Shown here piece after piece: positions 57,341 to 62,289 of a stretch of 62,289 nucleotides of DNA. The notes below the pieces were generated by a model. The model was given only the letters and a program-made list of their open reading frames with translations. It did no database searches and was not told the origin of the DNA. Source of the stretch: an uncultured virus (IMG/VR IMGVR_UViG_3300042946_001372) (taxonomy: Duplodnaviria > Heunggongvirae > Uroviricota > Caudoviricetes); the IMG/VR virus record IMGVR_UViG_3300042946_001372; one strand, given 5' to 3'. Position 1 is the first letter of the stretch. Every line of letters begins with the position of its first letter. Made by a program: the position numbers and the translations under genes.

Positions 57341-57748
57341 ATGGGTACAGATTGTAATATATGTAGTAACAGATGTATGGGTTTTCCTGGTAATCACGGA
57401 GGATGTTGTACAGTAGCTGAAAGGGATTTCATCATAGGTCCTCACCTTGATGCATATGATTTCGTTGATAGGTTATCGAACAAATTAGGCAGAGAAATCA
57501 TGTTCAAAGAAGTTTTTATCACCTATGAAGAAGGTAAATCTCTTTTTCCTAACAAATCAACATGGCAAGACCCCAAAAATTTTCCCGCTCTTAGATTAGA
57601 TTTTTTTAATCCCAAACTACCTTGTATTTTCTACAATCCACAGGTCAAATCATGTATGGTTTATGAAATCAGACCCCAAACTTGCTCCGAATTTGAATGT
57701 AACTATCTCAGAGAACAAACTGAAAAAATGAATATTTCGGAAAATTGA
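57341..57748 (+). CDS. YkgJ-family cysteine-cluster protein
   Basis: C..C...C...CC and C.F.....C.VYE.RP..C..F.C. Confidence 0.8.
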   Translation: MGTDCNICSNRCMGFPGNHGGCCTVAERDFIIGPHLDAYDFVDRLSNKLGREIMFKEVFITYEEGKSLFPNKSTWQDPKNFPALRLDFFNPKLPCIFYNPQVKSCMVYEIRPQTCSEFECNYLREQTEKMNISEN

Positions 57749-57840
57749 AATATTTATAATACAGAAATATCAGTCCCATCCGCAACTCGAAAGAGTCTGT
57801 GAATGGGATTTTTATTTATAAATCAATAAACAAAAAACAA

Positions 57841-58287
57841 ATGAAAAAACACATTTTGTTATTTTTTGCTATGGTATTCTCATTAGCAACATTTGCTCAG
57901 AAAAAAGGGGGATGGGACATTTCCGTTGGAGCAACAGCTATGGCACCGATTGCAAAAAATGTTGATTGGGATTCCAAAGCTTGGGGTCAAAAAGTAGATT
58001 TTTCCAAAAAAAATTGGAACGTCTCTTTTGGTTTCATGCAGAATAAAGCAGGTTTCGTTAGAATGCCGGCTTTAGTTGGATACCGTAAGCACCTCAAAAA
58101 AGGACTCCATATCGGTCTTGATGGCGGTGTTACCTTCTTCAATGGACAAAAAGGACAATTTACTTATGCTCCTTCCATTGGTTATAGGATAAACAAAAGA
58201 TGGTGCTTAGAACAATCAATTCTAAGAACTGTTAAAGATGGTAAACATTCAAGTCTTACAGGATTTGGATTAAAATATCACCTTTAA
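57841..58287 (+). CDS. Small outer-membrane beta-barrel protein with signal peptide
   Basis: MKKHILLFFAMVFSLATFA-Q signal; alternating beta strands; C-terminal GFGLKYHL. Confidence 0.7.
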   Translation: MKKHILLFFAMVFSLATFAQKKGGWDISVGATAMAPIAKNVDWDSKAWGQKVDFSKKNWNVSFGFMQNKAGFVRMPALVGYRKHLKKGLHIGLDGGVTFFNGQKGQFTYAPSIGYRINKRWCLEQSILRTVKDGKHSSLTGFGLKYHL

Positions 58288-58308
58288 AAGTCTAAAAATT
58301 AAACCAAA

Positions 58309-58422
58309 ATGAGTATGGAAAATTTTGAATTTTTATGGCATTGGCACTTTTTAGTAGGTGTCGTTGTCGGAGTTGTGGTGGGACCACATATCACAAAACT
58401 TATTGGTAAGCTTAAAAAGTAA
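58309..58422 (+). CDS. Small single-pass membrane protein (37 aa)
   Basis: Hand translation MSMENFEFLWHWHFLVGVVVGVVVGPHITKLIGKLKK, followed by a terminator. Confidence 0.55.
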   Translation: MSMENFEFLWHWHFLVGVVVGVVVGPHITKLIGKLKK

Positions 58423-58430
58423 CCAAGAGA

Positions 58431-58457
58431 CCCCCCGAGAAATCGGGGGTTTTTTTT
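58431..58457 (+). terminator. Intrinsic terminator
   Basis: CCCCCGA-GAAA-TCGGGGG-TTTTTTTT. Confidence 0.85.
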
Positions 58458-58462
58458 CGCCT

Positions 58463-58494
58463 ATTGATTCTCAATTAAAAAATTATTAACTTTG
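58463..58494 (+). promoter_or_regulatory. Bacteroidota-type promoter (ATTG-N20-TAACTTTG) upstream of the TonB-dependent receptor
   Basis: Exact -7 consensus at 58487-58494. Confidence 0.5.
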
Positions 58495-58659
58495 TGTTGT
58501 CGATTGGGATTTTTGTTTTCGACAGGGTAGTTATGAAAGGGTGGAGAAATTTTATGAGTTTTTATCGACTGAACTATTTTAACAATTTTGAAAATACAAT
58601 AATCCCGTTGGCGCATGTCTTCGGGATTTTTTATTTATAAACCAATAAACAAAACAAAC

Positions 58660-61600
58660 ATGAAAAAGCAAATCATGATGTCACTTTTATCCTTGTTCGT
58701 GACTCTCGCATCTTTCGGGCAAATTACAACTTCTGCCCTGTCTGGTGTAGTGAAAAATGAAAAAGGAGATGCTTTAGCGGGAGCGTCGGTTCATGCTGTT
58801 CACCAACCTACGGGTTCTGAATATCGTGCAATCACAAACAAAGTTGGTATTTTCAACATTCCTGCTGTGCGTCCTGGTGGTCCTTATGTAATTCACGTTT
58901 CTAATGTGGGTTACAAAATGAAGGAGCTTACAGACATCAATACAAATCTTGGTATTTCAACTACCTTGGAAATTGTGTTGGTCAATGAAGTTAAAACCCT
59001 TACTGAAGTAGTTGTAAATTCAAACAAAAACAACATTTTCAGCTCAGGTAGAACCGGTGCGTCTCAGCAATTTGGAAGGAGAGAACTAACTTCTGTTCCC
59101 ATTACTGGTGCAAGAACTATTGACGGAATCACCAAGTACAACCCAATGGGTGACGGTCGTTCTTTCGGAGCTGCTGATAGCAGATTGAACAACTTCACAA
59201 TTGACGGTTCTCAGTTTAACAACGGTTTCGGTCTTGGTTCTTCAGCTCAGGCTGGTGGTAGAACTGGTTCAACTGCAATCTCTTTGGATGCGATTGACCA
59301 ACTACAAATCAACGTAGCTCCATTTGACATTCGTCAAAGTGGTTTCGTTGGTGCTGGAATCAACGCTGTTACAAGAAGTGGTTCCAACAAAGTAGAGGGT
59401 TCTTATTATCAGTTTAACAGAGACAACCAACGTTATGTTGGTAACAACGCTAAAGGAACTACTGTAACCGCTTCGAAATTCGAAGAAACTACAAGAGGTT
59501 TCAGATTAGGTGCTCCAATTATCAAAAACAAATTATTCATTTTTGGTAACTACGAAAACCTTACAAAAACTGAACCTGGTACGACTTGGATTTCACAAGG
59601 TTCACCTTTAGCTGGTTCTCAAATCTCAAGAGTTCTGTATTCAGATATGAAAACTCTTTCTGATTTCATGAGAACAAATTTCAATTATGAGACGGGTCCT
59701 TGGGAAGGGTACAACAACTCAAACACTTCTGAGAAATTCTTGGTGAGAATGGACTGGAACATCAACGACAAGCACAAATTGACTGCTCGTTATGTTTGGC
59801 ACAATTCAGAAGCTGAGATAAACATTTCAAACTCTCAATCTGCAGGTGCAGGAAACAGAACTACTCAGTTCAACGCAATGAGTTTTAAGAACAGTGGATA
59901 CATCATTCAAGATAACACACGTTCTTCAGTATTAGAACTCAACAGCAAATTTTCTAATACCTTACACAACAACCTAATTGTTGGTTATGACAAGCAGATT
60001 GAAAATAGAGGATATCTTTCACAGATGTTTCCAACTATTGATATCATGAATGGTACCGCAACCTACGCTTCTGTAGGATTTGACCCATTCACTCCTGGTA
60101 ACAAGTTGGACTATAACACTTTCCACATCACTAACAACTTGACCAAATTTATGGACAAGCACACAATTGTGGCTGGTGTTAACTTCGAGAAATATCGTTC
60201 TAACAACTTATTCTTCCCCGCTTCAAACGGTGTATATATCTTCAATTCTTTGACTGATTTCTACACCGCAGCTAATCAATCATTAGCAAACGGTGGAAGA
60301 CCTTCAACTCTTGCTCCTGCAAGATTCCAACTTCGTTACTCAGCGTTACCTGGTGGAATCGAACCAATGCAAGTTTTGAAAACATCTCGTCTTGACCTCT
60401 ATGTTCAGGATGAGTATCAGTACAACGCTAATTTGAAAATCACAGGTGGTTTGAGAGCGGCTGTAATTGGTTTCGAAAACACGGCATTAGAAAATCCTGC
60501 AGTAACTGCAATGACTTTCGCTGGTGGTGAGAAATTCAACACAGGTGTTTTACCAAAAACACAAGTTCTCTTCGAACCAAGAATTGGTTTCAACTATAAT
60601 CACAAAGGTAAAAATGATTTACAAGTAAGAGGTGGTTCCGGTGTATTCACAGGTAGACCTCCTTATGTATTCGTTTCAAACCAAGTAGGAAACAATGGTG
60701 TTCTTACAGGATTTATCGATGTATCAGGTGCGGCAGCTGCTAACTACGGTTTCACAGCTAACCCTAACCAATACTTCATTCCTTCTACACCAACACTTCC
60801 TTCTACTTTTGATTTAGCTTTCACTGACCCCAACTACAAATTCCCACAAGTATGGAAAACTAACCTTGCTGCAGACAAGAAGTTACCATTCGGATTTGTA
60901 GGTACTGTGGAACTTATGTACAATAGATTTTTGAACGCTGTTCATTACTACAACGCTAACTTGGATGTTCCTGTAGGAGTATTCGCAGGTCCTGACAAAA
61001 GACCTGTTTTCGCAAGAAACGATGCTGGTGTAAGAGTAAATGACAACGTATCTATGGGTGCGGTTTTAACAAACAGAAATGGTGCTTACAATACATCAGC
61101 AACTGTTGAGTTAAAATATCCAATTCAGAAAGGTCTTTGGGGTTCTGCAGCGTGGACTACATCACTTTCCAAAGACTTCATGAGTGCTGGTTCAATTGCT
61201 TCTGGTTCTTGGCAGTCAGCAAGAGCAATCAACGGAAACAATGACCTTCCTTTAGCTTTCTCTGATAACTGGATTCCTAACAGATTTGTTGGTCTTCTTG
61301 GTTATAGATTAGAGAACGGTGCAAAGAAAGGTGCTGGTGCAACTACTGTAACTTTAGGTTATGTAGGACAACAAGGTAACCCATTCAGCTACTTCGTAGC
61401 GGGTGACCTAAACGGTGACAGAGTGAATAACAATGAACTTATCTTTGTTCCAAACAAAGGTTCGGACATCAAATTTGCTCAATTCACTTCAGGCGGTGTA
61501 ACTTTCACTGAAGCTCAACAACAAGCAGCTTTTGACGCTTACATCGACCAAGACAAATATCTTTCTACAAGAAGAGGTCAATACGCTGAGAGAAACGCTC

Positions 61601-61947
61601 TCGCTATTCCAATGTTACACAGATTTGATTTGTCTGTTCAACAAGATTTCTTCATCGATATCAAAGGTCACAGAAACACATTCCAAATCAGATTGGATAT
61701 CTTGAACTTTGGTAACATGTTAAACAACGATTGGGGTGTATCTCAAAGAGCTACAAACCCTGCAATCCTTAGCTATTCATCAACTAACACAGCTGGTGAA
61801 CCCGTCTACAGATTGTCAACTCAACCAATCCTCAACGCAAATGGTACAACTACTGTAGGTCTCATCAGAGACACTTATCAGTGGAATACATCTGTATTTG
61901 ACGTTTGGCAAGGTCAACTCGGTTTAAGATATATCTTCGGAAGATAA
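58660..61947 (+). CDS. TonB-dependent receptor (Oar-like, carboxypeptidase-regulatory-like N-domain)
   Basis: Signal peptide, QITTSALSGVV, GGPY.I, ISLDAI..LQIN.APFD.RQSGF.GAGINAVTRSG.N plug, C-terminal QGQLGLRYIF. Confidence 0.9.
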   Translation: MKKQIMMSLLSLFVTLASFGQITTSALSGVVKNEKGDALAGASVHAVHQPTGSEYRAITNKVGIFNIPAVRPGGPYVIHVSNVGYKMKELTDINTNLGISTTLEIVLVNEVKTLTEVVVNSNKNNIFSSGRTGASQQFGRRELTSVPITGARTIDGITKYNPMGDGRSFGAADSRLNNFTIDGSQFNNGFGLGSSAQAGGRTGSTAISLDAIDQLQINVAPFDIRQSGFVGAGINAVTRSGSNKVEGSYYQFNRDNQRYVGNNAKGTTVTASKFEETTRGFRLGAPIIKNKLFIFGNYENLTKTEPGTTWISQGSPLAGSQISRVLYSDMKTLSDFMRTNFNYETGPWEGYNNSNTSEKFLVRMDWNINDKHKLTARYVWHNSEAEINISNSQSAGAGNRTTQFNAMSFKNSGYIIQDNTRSSVLELNSKFSNTLHNNLIVGYDKQIENRGYLSQMFPTIDIMNGTATYASVGFDPFTPGNKLDYNTFHITNNLTKFMDKHTIVAGVNFEKYRSNNLFFPASNGVYIFNSLTDFYTAANQSLANGGRPSTLAPARFQLRYSALPGGIEPMQVLKTSRLDLYVQDEYQYNANLKITGGLRAAVIGFENTALENPAVTAMTFAGGEKFNTGVLPKTQVLFEPRIGFNYNHKGKNDLQVRGGSGVFTGRPPYVFVSNQVGNNGVLTGFIDVSGAAAANYGFTANPNQYFIPSTPTLPSTFDLAFTDPNYKFPQVWKTNLAADKKLPFGFVGTVELMYNRFLNAVHYYNANLDVPVGVFAGPDKRPVFARNDAGVRVNDNVSMGAVLTNRNGAYNTSATVELKYPIQKGLWGSAAWTTSLSKDFMSAGSIASGSWQSARAINGNNDLPLAFSDNWIPNRFVGLLGYRLENGAKKGAGATTVTLGYVGQQGNPFSYFVAGDLNGDRVNNNELIFVPNKGSDIKFAQFTSGGVTFTEAQQQAAFDAYIDQDKYLSTRRGQYAERNALAIPMLHRFDLSVQQDFFIDIKGHRNTFQIRLDILNFGNMLNNDWGVSQRATNPAILSYSSTNTAGEPVYRLSTQPILNANGTTTVGLIRDTYQWNTSVFDVWQGQLGLRYIFGR

Positions 61948-61969
61948 TATTTCATTATTCGCAGTAACT

Positions 61970-61998
61970 AACCCTCACCCTCGTGGTGGGGGTTTTTT
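61970..61998 (+). terminator. Intrinsic terminator
   Basis: AACCCTCACC/GGTGGGGGTT hairpin followed by a T-run. Confidence 0.75.
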
Positions 61999-62049
61999 AT
62001 TTGACATTGTCAAATTATTCATCTATTTTTTTATCTTAAAATTAAACTT

Positions 62050-62289
62050 ATGACAATTTTAGCAATGATTGGATGGGCTCTCACCGCTGTTGTTGGAGCA
62101 ATGCTCGGCAAAGGCGCAATTGAGAAAATCATCGGAACACAAGAAATGGTCGGAAACTTCGCATTCATGAAGTTGGAAAAGTACAGAATGCTCACAGGAG
62201 TTGGAGAACTTCTCGGAGTAATCTTACTTGCAATCCCAATGACATCACTCTACGGAATGGTGTTGATTACCTCATTTATGAGTGCAGCT
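62050..62289 (+). CDS. DoxX-like membrane protein (partial, runs off window)
   Basis: Hand translation MTILAMIGWALTAVVGAMLGKGAIEKIIGTQEMVGNF...GVGELLGVILLAIP. Confidence 0.6.
   Translation, partial: MTILAMIGWALTAVVGAMLGKGAIEKIIGTQEMVGNFAFMKLEKYRMLTGVGELLGVILLAIPMTSLYGMVLITSFMSAA

Noticed and set aside
57771..57812. c-di-GMP-I riboswitch (TCGAAAGAG tetraloop similarity)
   Set aside because: Lacks the second stem and the GCAAA/tetraloop-receptor context; kept only as an unnamed hairpin
1..62289. Alternative genetic code (stop-codon reassignment), as in some huge phages
   Set aside because: Core genes are full length in the standard code, and TAA, TAG and TGA all act as stops

Overview
This window is part of a large T4-like (jumbo/huge) dsDNA phage genome in the standard genetic code. 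The host is most likely Bacteroidota, based on TAnnTTTG promoters, a Flavobacterium-like bS21, a DUF4494-like protein and a Bacteroidota-type TonB-dependent receptor. It contains: (i) Thr/Pro-rich mucin-like putative virion proteins next to a partial GT60-family polypeptide GlcNAc-transferase that the ORF track missed; (ii) a ~15 kb sugar-modification cluster (several GT2/GT4-like enzymes, GT11 and GT10 fucosyltransferase-family enzymes, GDP-mannose 3,5-epimerase, FkbM and TylF methyltransferases) with dUTPase, PhoH and a gp55-like late sigma factor; (iii) a gp5-like spike; (iv) the head module (major capsid, scaffold, prohead protease, portal, terminase) with an embedded ribosomal protein bS21; (v) a nucleotidyltransferase fused to cell-wall hydrolase domains, Hsp20, an N-domain-less ClpC, peptidases, a tmRNA with an unusual 21-codon tag and a GIY-YIG endonuclease; (vi) outer-membrane protein genes. 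The best candidate for a new system is a phage-encoded cytoplasmic mucin-type O-glycosylation pathway that would coat the virion in glycan. A second candidate is a phage ribosome-rescue/proteolysis module. All family assignments come from recognising motifs by eye; no searches were run.
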